Shown piece after piece: positions 1 to 11,885 of a stretch of DNA of 32,000 nucleotides (position 1 is its first letter; the number at the start of each line of letters is the position of its first letter). The DNA lies in assembly GCF_000186885.1 (NCBI RefSeq), contig NC_014972.1:1170001-1202000 (forward strand), read 5' to 3'. The stretch comes from Desulfobulbus propionicus DSM 2032 (GTDB lineage Bacteria; Desulfobacterota; Desulfobulbia; Desulfobulbales; Desulfobulbaceae). The position numbers and the translations under genes were made by a program. Below the pieces are notes generated by a model that worked only from the letters and a program-made list of their open reading frames with translations, ran no database searches and was not told the origin of the DNA.

Positions 1-197
1 TTCTCGTGGCCCGGCACATCGACGATGCCGATGCGATGACCGCAGGGCAGATCGAGGTAGGCAAAGCCCAGCTCGATGGTGATGCCGCGCTCCTTTTCCT
101 CCTTGAGCCGGTCGGTCTCGATGCCGGTCAGGGCGCGGATCAGGCTGGTCTTGCCGTGATCGACGTGGCCGGCGGTGCCGAGAATAATTTCACGCAT
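1..197 (-). CDS. selB: Selenocysteine-specific translation elongation factor SelB, first 65 codons only (gene continues past the left edge)
   Basis: Not in the ORF track because it is edge-truncated. The reverse complement from the ATG at 197 reads [65 protein letters not shown]. This carries the GTPase G1 motif [10 protein letters not shown]2 RGITI and G3 DVPGHE. The very short N-terminus and the DRLxEEKxRGITI context resemble SelB rather than EF-Tu or IF2. Confidence 0.7.
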   Translation of the reverse strand, partial: MREIILGTAGHVDHGKTSLIRALTGIETDRLKEEKERGITIELGFAYLDLPCGHRIGIVDVPGHE

Positions 198-239
198 GAA
201 CGGACGGAACGGGGAACGCTGCCGTGGCCCGGGAGTGGG

Positions 240-872
240 CTAGAGCTCAAGATAGGGGTTGGTCCGCAGTTCGCGGGCCAGGGTGGACTGCGACCCGCCA
301 TACCCATGGCCGGGCCAGACCAGGGTCTCCGGCGGCAGGGGCATCAGACGGTTCTTGATGGCGTCGATCATCTGGCGTATGGAGCCCCCGGGAAAATCGG
401 TGCGGCCGACCGCGCCGACAAAGAGGGTGTCGCCGGTGAAACAATGCGGCGGGCTATAGAGGCAGATGCCGCCCGGGGTGTGACCCGGCGTATGGATCAC
501 CTGCAATTGCTCCTGGCCCACGGTGATCAGGTCGCCGTCGTGAACGACGATGTCGACCGGCGGCGACTCGGGCAGGCCGAGAGAGGAAAAATAGTCACGG
601 ATGCGGGGATCGCCGAAATAGTCCACGTCCTCGGCGTGCATGACGATCTTGGCGCCGGTGGCCTGCTGGATGCGGCCGTTGCCGCACACGTGGTCTGGAT
701 GGCCGTGGGTGTTGATGATATGGGTGACCCGCAGGCCATGGCTGGTGCAATAGTCGAGGATGCGGTCCTCGTCGCCGCCGGGGTCGATGACCGCGGCCTC
801 TTTGGTCTGGTCGCAGGAAACGATGTAACAGCAGACCCCCATCATGCCGACGGTGAGTTGTTTGACAAGCAT
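240..872 (-). CDS. MBL-fold metallo-hydrolase (glyoxalase II-like)
   Basis: 210-aa ORF with the zinc motif HxHxDH (NTHGHPDH), then HTPGHTPG and GDTLFVGAVGRTD. Size and motif order are typical of single-domain beta-lactamase-fold hydrolases. Confidence 0.9.
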   Translation of the reverse strand: MLVKQLTVGMMGVCCYIVSCDQTKEAAVIDPGGDEDRILDYCTSHGLRVTHIINTHGHPDHVCGNGRIQQATGAKIVMHAEDVDYFGDPRIRDYFSSLGLPESPPVDIVVHDGDLITVGQEQLQVIHTPGHTPGGICLYSPPHCFTGDTLFVGAVGRTDFPGGSIRQMIDAIKNRLMPLPPETLVWPGHGYGGSQSTLARELRTNPYLEL

Positions 873-893
873 AAACCTGATCCTCTGCGGTGG

Positions 894-927
894 TTCCGGC
901 GGCCGGATCGGGGTTCGGCCGCCGGAA
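894..927 (-). other. Perfect 12-bp GC-rich stem-loop in the Mrp-MBL spacer
   Basis: ttccggcggccg (894-905) pairs perfectly with cggccgccggaa (916-927) around a 10-nt loop. Neither strand has a U-tract, so it is not a canonical intrinsic terminator. Confidence 0.5.
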
Positions 928-941
928 GGTTGAATGGGCTA

Positions 942-1886
942 TTATTTGAGGGAGGTGCCGCAACCGCCGGAGCTGCAAGCACAGCCACCGGCAAAGGGGT
1001 TGACCGTCACCGGACCGGGCGGAAGGCGCTGCTCGACCGCGGACACGACCGCGTCAAAGGCCTTGATTGCGGGGCTGTCCTCCTCGCCGGACAGATAGGG
1101 GGTGCCGGTGTCGCCGGCCATGACCACCCGGGGATCCATGGGCACCCGGCCAAGAAAGGGCAGGTCGAAGTCGCGCGCGGTCTGCTCGCCGCCGCCCTTG
1201 CTGAAAATATCCACGGTTTCGCCGCAGTGGGGACAGACAAAGCCGGACATGTTCTCGACCACGCCGACGATCGGCATCTCCACCGCCTTGCAGAAGTTGA
1301 TCGACTTGCGCACATCGGCCAGGGCCACGGCCTGCGGAGTGGTGACCACCACCGCATGGACGCCGGGCATGGTCTGAGCCACGCTCAGCGGTTCGTCGCC
1401 GGTGCCGGGGGGCGCATCGACGATCAGATAGTCCAGTTCGCCCCAGTCCATGTCGGCGATAAACTGGCGGATGGCCTGAATTTTCAGCGGGCCGCGCCAG
1501 ATGACGGCGTCGTCGCGGTTCTTCATCATGTATTCCAGGCTGACCACCTTGAGGTTGTCGCTGTACTTGAGCGGCGGGATCAGGTCGTCGGGGTTGGCCG
1601 GCGCTTCCAGTGAGCCGGTGAGGTTGAGCATCCGGCAGACGTCCGGTCCGTGCAGGTCGACATCCATCAGGCCGACCTTGTGGCCCTTTTTGGCGAGACA
1701 CAGGGCCAGGTTGACGGCCACGGTCGATTTGCCAACCCCGCCCTTGCCGCTCATCACCAGAATTTTATTCTTGATTCTGCCCAAGGATCGGGTAATGGCG
1801 ATATCCTGCTGGGCCAGCCGTGCGTCGGCTGAACTGCAACTGCTTTGTTGACCGCTCCCGCAGGAGCTACCACACGAACTGCTCAT
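942..1886 (-). CDS. Mrp/NBP35 (ApbC-like) iron-sulfur cluster carrier ATPase with Cys-rich tails
   Basis: 314-aa ORF with the deviant Walker A MSGKGGVGKST and the conserved CPHCG (CxxC) cluster-bridging motif. GGAGG lies 6 nt upstream of the ATG. The N-terminus MSSSCGSSCGSGQQSSCSS and the C-terminus GGCACSSGGCGTSLK are Cys/Ser/Gly-rich. Confidence 0.9.
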   Translation of the reverse strand: MSSSCGSSCGSGQQSSCSSADARLAQQDIAITRSLGRIKNKILVMSGKGGVGKSTVAVNLALCLAKKGHKVGLMDVDLHGPDVCRMLNLTGSLEAPANPDDLIPPLKYSDNLKVVSLEYMMKNRDDAVIWRGPLKIQAIRQFIADMDWGELDYLIVDAPPGTGDEPLSVAQTMPGVHAVVVTTPQAVALADVRKSINFCKAVEMPIVGVVENMSGFVCPHCGETVDIFSKGGGEQTARDFDLPFLGRVPMDPRVVMAGDTGTPYLSGEEDSPAIKAFDAVVSAVEQRLPPGPVTVNPFAGGCACSSGGCGTSLK

Positions 1887-2170
1887 CTATTGCCTCCAAC
1901 GATAAAAATGGTGGTGAAGAAAAAAGGGGGGAAATCGCGGTGCGCATCGCCCAATGGATTGTGTGTGCTTTCTCCAACAGGTTGCCGAAGGGCAAACGGT
2001 TCGAGCGGAAATCACAACCTCCGCGTTTGTTCCGCACAAGACGGGCAAGGGAACAAGTGGTCGAGCTCATCATGATTCGGCGCTATACATTAATGATGGC
2101 GAGTTGAAAAGCAAATAAAAAAACAAACCGTTCCCGGCCGGGGCCTGCCTCCGGTCGCCCTGTGTTTTTC

Positions 2171-2200
2171 TTGATTTGTAATTGCCGGAAAAGTTATAGT
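2171..2200 (+). promoter_or_regulatory. Candidate sigma-70-type promoter for hsp20-lon-ftsY
   Basis: TTGATT (2171-2176), an 18-nt spacer, then TATAGT (2195-2200). This would give a leader of about 165 nt before the hsp20 ATG. There is no sigma-32 CCCCAT box. Confidence 0.3.
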
Positions 2201-2369
2201 GCTTACTTGTATCGCATTGCCTCCCCGGCGGGAGACAGCGGTCGCGCTCGTCGCTGTCCGCGTGGCACGACGCGACCCGGATGCGGGCGTTTGTATCACC
2301 TGCGCGGCACAACCACCGCGTATTGAACCAGATGATTTCCGGAATGAGGCGCAAGGCAGGGAGGAACTG

Positions 2370-2813
2370 ATGGATCCGTTCAGCAGAAAATTGTTGGAGG
2401 AGCTCGAGCAGATGCAGCAGCACACGGGACGCATCCTGCGATCCATGTCGTTGTCACGGATGATGCCGATGGAATCCGACGGCTGGCAACCGGCCGTGGA
2501 TATCTATGAGGCCGAGAACCATATCTACGTCTACGCCGAACTGGCGGGTGTGGTCGGCGATTCCCTGCGGGTGACGGTGGACGGGCAGCAGCTTCGCATC
2601 AGCGGCTCGCGCCAACTGCCGCCGCACCAGTCGATCGCCTGCATCCACCAGCTCGAAATCGAGCTGGGCACCTTCCAGCGCACCCTCACCCTGCCGTCCG
2701 CCGTCGAGCTCGAAGGGGTCGAATCGACCTATACCAATGGCATACTTGTGGTGACCCTGCCGAAACGGATAAGGAAGGGTAAGGTGACGATCAGGATTAC
2801 ACCTGGAGAATGA
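2370..2813 (+). CDS. Hsp20/alpha-crystallin family small heat-shock protein
   Basis: The track ORF 2199-2813 is trimmed to the ATG at 2370, which has GGGAGGA 4 nt upstream. Alpha-crystallin domain pattern: WQPAVDIYE...ELAGV...LRISG...GTFQRTLTLP...YTNGILVVTLPK. Confidence 0.9.
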   Translation: MDPFSRKLLEELEQMQQHTGRILRSMSLSRMMPMESDGWQPAVDIYEAENHIYVYAELAGVVGDSLRVTVDGQQLRISGSRQLPPHQSIACIHQLEIELGTFQRTLTLPSAVELEGVESTYTNGILVVTLPKRIRKGKVTIRITPGE

Positions 2814-2814
2814 T

Positions 2815-5192
<2,378 letters not shown>

Positions 5193-5193
<1 letters not shown>

Positions 5194-6971
5194 TGCTGGG
5201 CTGGTTCAAGAAAAAATTCGGCAAAAAGCCGGCCGAGCCGGAAGCGGTCGAACCGGAAGCGGTTGCCTCTGAACCGATGCTGGAAGCGACTGAGGAGGTC
5301 GTTGTCCATGCGGTTGTCCCTGAACCGGCGGTTTTAGAACCGATCGTCGAAGAGCCGATCATCGAACAGTCGGCGGTTCCTCCGATTGTTGTCGAGGAGG
5401 AAGCACCTGTTGCGGCAACCACGGAGCCCGCGGTCCTTGCCGTGCCTGATGATGTGGTCGAGCCGGAACCGGCGGTTTCTCCCGACGAAGAGATCGTCGT
5501 GGAGATGGTCGCGGCGGCAACGGAAGGAGGGGAGCCGTCTGTGGTCGAGGAATCGGTTCCAGAGCCGGTTGTCCTTCCCGCAGATCTGGAGATGGTCCCA
5601 GAGGTGGAAGCGGCGGAAGAACAGCCCGAGAGCATTGACCTTGCTCCGACGGTCGCCGAAATTGAGGTGGTGGAAGCGGACTCAGCCTTGGCTGAGGAGC
5701 GGGAACCGGCTCCGGAGGCCGTTGTCGCGGCCGTCATCGAAGAACCGCAGTCGCCCGCAACGGAAAGTCCGGCTGCCTCGGCGGTCGAAATGCCGGAGGA
5801 GGCTGCTTTCGAGGGAGAGCCGGAAGCGGATGTCTCCACCATCGAGGAGGAGCGGGCAACGGATCGTGAATCGGAAACGGCGGCCGTCGCGCAGGAGGCC
5901 ATGCCGCCGGAGACGATGGGCGAGCACGACGAAGCGACCGAACAGGCCGACACGGCCGTTGAACCTGAACCAGCATCCGTCGAGCCCATTGTTCCGGCGG
6001 CGCCGCTTGTGGGCAGAACCCAGCAGAAGCCGGCGAACAAGTCGTTGTTCAAGCGGCTGCAGGAGCGGCTGGGCAAGACCAGGGACGCCTTCATCTATCG
6101 TCTGGACAGCCTTTTCCTCGGCAAGAAAGAGATCGACCAGGATCTGTTCGAACAACTGGAGGAGATCCTTATCACCGCCGATCTGGGCGTAGCCACCACC
6201 CTGGAACTCATCGATGGAGCCCGGAAAAAGGTCAAGCGCGACCAATTGAGCGATCCCCAGGCCCTGAAAGCCATCATTCGTGACCAGATCCTTGCCTACA
6301 TCGAGGCCTCGGAGCAGCCGGCCGAGCTGGTGATGCCCGAGGAGGGGCCTTTTGTCATCATGGTGGTCGGCGTCAATGGCGTGGGCAAGACCACCACCAT
6401 CGGCAAGATCGCCGCCAAATTCGTCCGCGCAGGGCAATCGGTGCTGCTGGTGGCTGGCGACACCTTCCGCGCCGCGGCCATCAACCAGCTGCGCATTTGG
6501 GGTGAGCGGGTCGGAGTCGAGGTGATTGCCCAGAAGCCCGGAGCCGATCCTTCGTCCGTGGTTTTTGACGGGCTGGAATATGGAACAAGCCATAACTACG
6601 ACGTCATCCTCATCGATACCGCCGGCCGTCTGCACACCAGCGTCAACCTGATGGAGGAGTTGAAGAAGATCAAGCGGGTCATCGGCAAGAAACTGCCAGG
6701 CGCGCCGCACGAAGTGATGCTGGTGCTGGACGCCACCACCGGCCAGAATGGCATTTCCCAGGCCAAGCTCTTCCACGAGGCGGTGGGGGTCACCGGCCTG
6801 ACGTTGACCAAACTCGACGGCACGGCCAAGGGCGGGATTGTGGCCAATGTCTGCCGGGAAACCAAGACCCCGGTCCGGTTCATTGGCATTGGCGAGCAGA
6901 TCGATGATCTGCGCGATTTCGATGCCCGCGAGTTCGTCGAAGCCCTTTTTGCCGGGCGGGCGGAGGGATAG
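5193..6971 (+). CDS. ftsY: Signal recognition particle receptor FtsY with a long acidic N-terminal domain
   Basis: 592 aa. The C-terminal NG domain carries [18 protein letters not shown] and [10 protein letters not shown]. The first ~280 aa are an E/P/A/V-rich low-complexity region. The ATG overlaps the lon stop (TGATG at 5191-5195). Confidence 0.95.
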
Positions 6972-7139
6972 GCCCGTCGTCCGAGGCAGTTGAACCTGGT
7001 AGGGCCAGAGAACGACGGGCATGGCTGAAAGCCTCTCACCGTGCGCAGGCCGGATGTCCCCAAACGCATCTCTCACCCTTAAAACCACGAATGGTCTGTC
7101 GCACTAACCAGCGACGGACTCCTCCGATACTCGTAACAA

Positions 7140-7979
7140 ATGGAATACCGACAACATAATCAACCCGGCTGCGGCGGCTGCCTGTTGCTGCTTGCCCTGC
7201 TGGCCCTGGTCACCGGCGGCGCGCCGGCCCTGCTTAACCTATTGGGGTTCCTCTTTTATTCCGGTCTGGCCGGCCTGTTGCTGCTCATTGGCGCCTTCTG
7301 GGCCTTCAGCTACTACATTCAACGCCGGGTTTCGACCTACGAGGCCTCGCAGACCGAAAGTCACAACCGCTTTGTTTTCCTCTTGGTCAACATCCTGGTC
7401 AAGATTGCCCAGGCCGACGGCCATTTCACCCGGGCGGAACTCAATGCCATCCTTAATTTTTTCCAACTTCATCTCCGCTACAACCAGGATCAGATGTACT
7501 GGGTCAAGCAGTTGGTCAAGGAGGCCAGGAACAATCCGACCGAGCTGCGCAGCCTGTTGGAGGAGTTCCGCACCAGTTTTGCCTACGAGCCGCGCCTGAT
7601 CCTGCTGGAGCTGATTTACCAGATCATCTATACCAAGCAGCCGCCTCCGGAAAACGAGTTGCGTTTGGCCCGCGAGATCGCCCAATTGCTGGAGATTTCG
7701 ACCTACGATCAGCGGACCATCGAAGCCAAGTACATGTACCGCCAGCGGCAGGAGGCCACCAGCGCCGCCAGTCTGGAAGAGCAGTACTACGCGGTCCTTG
7801 GCCTGGAACAGGGGGCTGATTTCGCCGAGATCAAGAAGGCCTACCGCAAGCTGTCGATGCAGTACCATCCGGACAAGGTGGGCCATCTGGGCGAGGAATT
7901 CAAGAAGGTCGCCGAGGAGAAGATGAAGGAAATCAATGTGGCCTACGGGTATTTTGAAAAGAAATTCGCCGGCAGATAA
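7140..7979 (+). CDS. djlA: DjlA-like membrane co-chaperone (TM segments, TerB-like middle region, C-terminal J domain)
   Basis: 279 aa. Two hydrophobic N-terminal segments are followed by a middle region with [17 protein letters not shown], which looks TerB-like. The C-terminal J domain reads [31 protein letters not shown] and contains the HPD motif. Confidence 0.7.
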   Translation: MEYRQHNQPGCGGCLLLLALLALVTGGAPALLNLLGFLFYSGLAGLLLLIGAFWAFSYYIQRRVSTYEASQTESHNRFVFLLVNILVKIAQADGHFTRAELNAILNFFQLHLRYNQDQMYWVKQLVKEARNNPTELRSLLEEFRTSFAYEPRLILLELIYQIIYTKQPPPENELRLAREIAQLLEISTYDQRTIEAKYMYRQRQEATSAASLEEQYYAVLGLEQGADFAEIKKAYRKLSMQYHPDKVGHLGEEFKKVAEEKMKEINVAYGYFEKKFAGR

Positions 7980-8054
7980 GGCCTGGAGACAGGCCGTTTG
8001 GCCGAAGACGAACAAGCGATAGTCGACCAACCCAAACAAGTGAGAGGACATGCA

Positions 8055-9239
8055 ATGAGCGGTGTAGCCAAGAAGATGCGGACGTTTGCGGAAAATTCCT
8101 CCTGGATCCGGAAGATGTTCGAGGAAGGGGCGAAAATGAAGGCGCAGTTTGGCGCGGACAAGGTGTTCGACTTTAGCATCGGCAATCCCGACGTACCGCC
8201 ACCGGCCAAGTTTTATACCGTGCTGCGCGAACTAGCGCAGGACGAGCAACCCGGCATCCATGGCTACATGCCCAACGCCGGCTATCCGTTTGTCCGCGAG
8301 GCCCTGGCCAAGCGGCTCGGTCCGGAGCAGGGCGTCACTCTGGGAGCCGGTGACATCCTCATGACCTGTGGAGCCGCCGGCGGCCTGAACATCCTTTTCA
8401 AGGCACTGCTCGACCCCGGCGACGAAGTGATCATCCTCTCGCCCTTTTTTGTCGAATACCATTTTTATATCGACAACCATGGCGGGGTGGCCAAGATCGT
8501 GCCCACGGACAAGGAATTCAACCTCGATCTGGCGGCCATCGAGGCGGCCTTGAACGAGAAAACCAAGATCGTGCTGATCAACAGCCCCAACAATCCCACG
8601 GGCCAGATTTACTCCGCCGATGCCCTCAACCAGCTGGGGCAGATGCTCGAACAAGCCGGCAAGCGGTTCGGCACCACCATCTATCTGGTGTCCGACGAGC
8701 CCTACCGCAACATCGTGTTTGACGGCCATCAGGTACCGCCGCTGATGCCCGCCACCACCAATGCCATCCTGGCGTCGTCCTATTCCAAGGAGCTGTCCCT
8801 GCCGGGTGAGCGCATTGGGTATCTGGTGGTGCATCCGCAGATGCACGACAAGGAGGCGGTGATCGGAGCGCTGACGCTGGCCAACCGCATCCTCGGTTTT
8901 GTCAATGCGCCGGCCCTGATGCAGCGGGCGGTGATGCAGCTGCAGGATGTGTCCGCCGACAACTCCATCTATGCCCGGCGGCTCGACGCCTTCTGCCAGG
9001 TGCTCGACCAGGCCGGCATGACCTATGTCCGGCCCAAGGGCGCCTTTTATCTGTTCCCGCAAACGCCGATCGACGATGTCGAGTTCTGCAAGCTGCTGGC
9101 CGAGCAAAAGATTCTTGCCGTGCCCGGCCGGGGCTTCGGCCTGCCGGGATACATCCGGCTTGCCTTTTGCGTCGATGAAAAGGTGATCGCCGCTTCGGCG
9201 CCAGGCTTCAAAAAAGCGATGGAGTTGGCGAGGAAGTAA
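8055..9239 (+). CDS. Pyridoxal-phosphate-dependent aminotransferase, class I/II (aspartate/alanine aminotransferase-like)
   Basis: The track ORF 7998-9239 is trimmed to the ATG at 8055, with GAGAGGA 6-7 nt upstream. Motifs: FSIGNPD, INSPNNPTG, and the PLP-lysine context SSYSKELSLPGERIGY. Confidence 0.9.
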   Translation: MSGVAKKMRTFAENSSWIRKMFEEGAKMKAQFGADKVFDFSIGNPDVPPPAKFYTVLRELAQDEQPGIHGYMPNAGYPFVREALAKRLGPEQGVTLGAGDILMTCGAAGGLNILFKALLDPGDEVIILSPFFVEYHFYIDNHGGVAKIVPTDKEFNLDLAAIEAALNEKTKIVLINSPNNPTGQIYSADALNQLGQMLEQAGKRFGTTIYLVSDEPYRNIVFDGHQVPPLMPATTNAILASSYSKELSLPGERIGYLVVHPQMHDKEAVIGALTLANRILGFVNAPALMQRAVMQLQDVSADNSIYARRLDAFCQVLDQAGMTYVRPKGAFYLFPQTPIDDVEFCKLLAEQKILAVPGRGFGLPGYIRLAFCVDEKVIAASAPGFKKAMELARK

Positions 9240-9462
9240 GGAACTGGGATGACGTTTTGATCGTCCCCTGCTCCAGCGTGGGGACGCAGCCCTGGCCGCT
9301 CCCGCGTTTCCCTGGCAAGCAGATGACCCAAAACCAGGTTGGCGCGCTTGGTGCTGACCAAGCCACCTTGTATTGATTCGCCTGTACCTTCAAGACGATG
9401 CTTTTTTCTTGGAGGATACAGGACACCTTGAAAGCGCATTGGATTCGTTCGACGCACCGCAA

Positions 9463-9503
9463 CAAAAAGGGGTGCCCTCCGGCAGGAAGGCGCCCCTTTT
9501 TGT
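9463..9503. terminator. Bidirectional intrinsic terminator shared by the aminotransferase and glmM
   Basis: aaaaaggggtgcc (9464-9476) pairs with ggcgccccttttt (9489-9501), including one G-U pair, around a 12-nt loop. The GC core has an A5 run on one side and a T5 run on the other, so it reads as hairpin plus U-tract on both strands. It lies 33 nt beyond the glmM stop. Confidence 0.7.
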
Positions 9504-9535
9504 TGCTTCGGAGCCATCAGGTCCAGCCCTGTTGG

Positions 9536-10888
9536 TTACCCCCGATCCGCCTTGCGGATCACCTCGCATAGGTCGTGGGCAATGGCGGTGATCTCCTGTT
9601 CGTCCTCGCCTTCGGTCATTACTCGGATGACCGGCTCGGTGCCCGAGGCCCGCACCAGGATACGGCCCCGGCCCTCCAACTTGCGTTCCGCCTTGTCGAG
9701 AGCCTCGGGAAAGCCGGGAATATGCTCGGGCGGAATCCGGGTGGCCATGCGCACGTTCTGCAACACCTGGGGGAAGGTGGCCATGATCGTGGCCAGCTCG
9801 GACAGCGGCTTGTTCTTCTTGATCATGATCGCCAGCAGTTGCAGGGCCGCCAGGGTGCCGTCGCCGGTGGTGTTGTGGTCGAGAAACACCAGGTGGCCGG
9901 ACTGCTCGCCGCCGAAGTTGTACCCCTTGGCCCGCATGGCCTCGACCACGTAGCGGTCGCCCACCTGAGTGCGCACCAACTGCCCGCCCATGGACTTGAT
10001 CGCCTGCTCCAGCCCCATGTTGCTCATCACCGTGGCCACCAGGGTCTTTTTCTTCAACTTGCGGCGGTGCATCAGGTCAGCCGCGCAGATGGCCATGATG
10101 TGATCGCCGTCGACGATGGTGCCGTGCTCGTCGCAGACAATCAGCCGGTCGCCGTCCCCATCCAGGGCCAAGCCGATATCCGCGCCCAACTGCTTGACCT
10201 TGGCGGCCATAACCTCCGGGTGCAGGGCCCCGCATTCATGGTTGATGTTCTTGCCGTCGGGATCGACGCCGATGGCGGTCACCCGCGCCCCCAATTCGGT
10301 GAACACATGGGGAGCAACCTTGTAGGTGGCGCCGTGGGCGCAGTCAAGGACGATATGGAAATCATCCAGCACGTAATCCCTGGGAAAGGTGTTTTTCAGG
10401 TAGACAATGTAGCGGCCGCCCGCGTCCTCGATGCGCGAGGCCTTGCCGATTTCGTCGGCCACCGGCCGGAGCGCGGCCATCTTCTGGGAGAAAATCAGAT
10501 CCTCGATGTCCGCTTCCAGCTCGTCGGGCAGTTTGTAGCCGTCGGCCGAGAAAATCTTGATGCCGTTGTCCTGAAAGGGATTGTGCGAGGCGGAGATGAC
10601 CACACCCGCGTCGGCCCGCATCGAGGTGGTGATGAAGGCGATGCCCGGCGTGGGCAGGGGGCCGACCAGTTGGACGTTGACCCCCATCGAACAGATGCCG
10701 GCGGCCAGGGCATTCTCAATCATGTAGCCGGAGAGCCGTGTATCCTTGCCGATGACGATAGTGTTGCCCTTGACCTGATTCTTGACGATGAAGGCGATGG
10801 CTCGGCCAATCTGCATGGCGATTTCCGAGGTCATGGGGTAGATGTTGGCCACGCCGCGCACGCCGTCTGTTCCAAAGAGTTTTTTCAT
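9536..10888 (-). CDS. glmM: Phosphoglucosamine mutase
   Basis: 450 aa. N-terminus [12 protein letters not shown], phosphoserine loop SASHNP, metal-binding loop DGDGDR, and GEQSGH near the C-terminus. Confidence 0.97.
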   Translation of the reverse strand: MKKLFGTDGVRGVANIYPMTSEIAMQIGRAIAFIVKNQVKGNTIVIGKDTRLSGYMIENALAAGICSMGVNVQLVGPLPTPGIAFITTSMRADAGVVISASHNPFQDNGIKIFSADGYKLPDELEADIEDLIFSQKMAALRPVADEIGKASRIEDAGGRYIVYLKNTFPRDYVLDDFHIVLDCAHGATYKVAPHVFTELGARVTAIGVDPDGKNINHECGALHPEVMAAKVKQLGADIGLALDGDGDRLIVCDEHGTIVDGDHIMAICAADLMHRRKLKKKTLVATVMSNMGLEQAIKSMGGQLVRTQVGDRYVVEAMRAKGYNFGGEQSGHLVFLDHNTTGDGTLAALQLLAIMIKKNKPLSELATIMATFPQVLQNVRMATRIPPEHIPGFPEALDKAERKLEGRGRILVRASGTEPVIRVMTEGEDEQEITAIAHDLCEVIRKADRG

Positions 10889-10946
10889 GTTGTCTTCCTG
10901 TCGAAAAAAAGGGGTGTCCCGTTGATCAATGATGAAATTGAACCGG

Positions 10947-11885
10947 TCAGGGCAGAATCCGCACCGTGTTCGGGGTGATGGTGACGATCACGATGGGTGC
11001 GTGTCCCGGCAGATTGATGCCATGAACCTGCACCGGTAGCTCGTTGTTGGCGCTCTTGGCCGCGGCGTTGACCGAGGCCCGGAACAGCATGACCAGTTCC
11101 GGGGTTGCGTGAACGATCTGTTCCGGGATATCGGCCTCCACGCTCACCGTAGCCGGGGCAAGTTTGCCGGTGGGCAGGTCGCCCGCCTTGATGTTGATCG
11201 GCACGTCGCGCACGACCTTCCGCACCATGATCTCCCTGATCACCACATTGGCCTCGACCACCGTTTCGCCAAGGAGCTTGAGCAGGGCCTCGTTGAGGTC
11301 GAGATGGACTTGAAAGGTGCTTGAGCGGTCGGCGCCCTCAAGGTCGATTGTCGAGGTGCTCAGGGCCTGTTCCTTGTCGACGACGGTCTGCGGCCCGGTG
11401 ACGATGATATGGGCGGGACTGAGGGTCAGGCGTTGCAGCTCGAAACCGGCAGCGGGTTTGCCTTTGGTGACCGGAGTGATGGTCAGGTCTTTGTGGACCA
11501 GCCGGTCCACCAACAGGGTGATGTTGGCCGGTTGAACCCGCTGCACGGCAATGCCCCGGGGCAGGGCAATGGATTCGGGCTCGTTTTTGATGACCAAGGC
11601 CCCCGGGGTGGCTTTTTCCAGGTTGATCGGCAAGGAAATGTTTTGCCGCCGCATCTCCTGGATCAATCGCCGCGGGCCGCTGACCGCCACCTCGATCTCC
11701 TTCTTGTACTGGTTGGCGATCACCAGGTCGGCGGGGAGATTGCGCAATTCCAAGGGGATGGTGACGACCAAGTCCACCCGGTCCTCACCGACCACGAAAT
11801 ACCACAGACTGGCGCCGATGATCAGGGAGAGCAGCTTGAGCAGCCAGTGCCGGGTAAGAACAGTAAGATCAGGCGTCGTGCGCAT
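10947..11885 (-). CDS. cdaR: YbbR-domain protein (CdaR-like regulator of diadenylate cyclase)
   Basis: 312 aa. An N-terminal TM helix ([19 protein letters not shown]) is followed by repeated beta-rich YbbR-like segments. It sits between cdaA and glmM, and its start overlaps the cdaA stop by 17 nt. Confidence 0.8.
   Translation of the reverse strand: MRTTPDLTVLTRHWLLKLLSLIIGASLWYFVVGEDRVDLVVTIPLELRNLPADLVIANQYKKEIEVAVSGPRRLIQEMRRQNISLPINLEKATPGALVIKNEPESIALPRGIAVQRVQPANITLLVDRLVHKDLTITPVTKGKPAAGFELQRLTLSPAHIIVTGPQTVVDKEQALSTSTIDLEGADRSSTFQVHLDLNEALLKLLGETVVEANVVIREIMVRKVVRDVPINIKAGDLPTGKLAPATVSVEADIPEQIVHATPELVMLFRASVNAAAKSANNELPVQVHGINLPGHAPIVIVTITPNTVRILP

Noticed and set aside
6-1613. 535-aa plus-strand ORF spanning selB, the MBL hydrolase and part of the Mrp gene
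   Set aside because: It runs antisense to three well-supported minus-strand genes and straight across their intergenic spacers. Composition is A/G/D/R-rich and no motifs are present.
2263-2277. TGGCAC hexamer upstream of hsp20 as a sigma-54 promoter
   Set aside because: The -12 position (8 nt after TGG) reads GACC, not TTGC.
2199-2369. Upstream extensions of track ORFs (2199, 7998, 12786, 15818, 20995, 24824)
   Set aside because: The extensions lack family similarity. The internal ATGs at 2370, 8055, 12678, 15992, 21136 and 24923 have Shine-Dalgarno sequences and coincide with the conserved N-termini of the families.
2201-2369. RNA thermometer (ROSE or fourU type) in the hsp20 leader
   Set aside because: Only a 6-nt complementarity exists (CCTCCC at 2220-2225 against the SD GGGAGG at 2359-2364), and it is 130 nt away. 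There is no U(U/C)GCU or UUUU anti-SD hairpin next to the SD. The promoter itself is uncertain.
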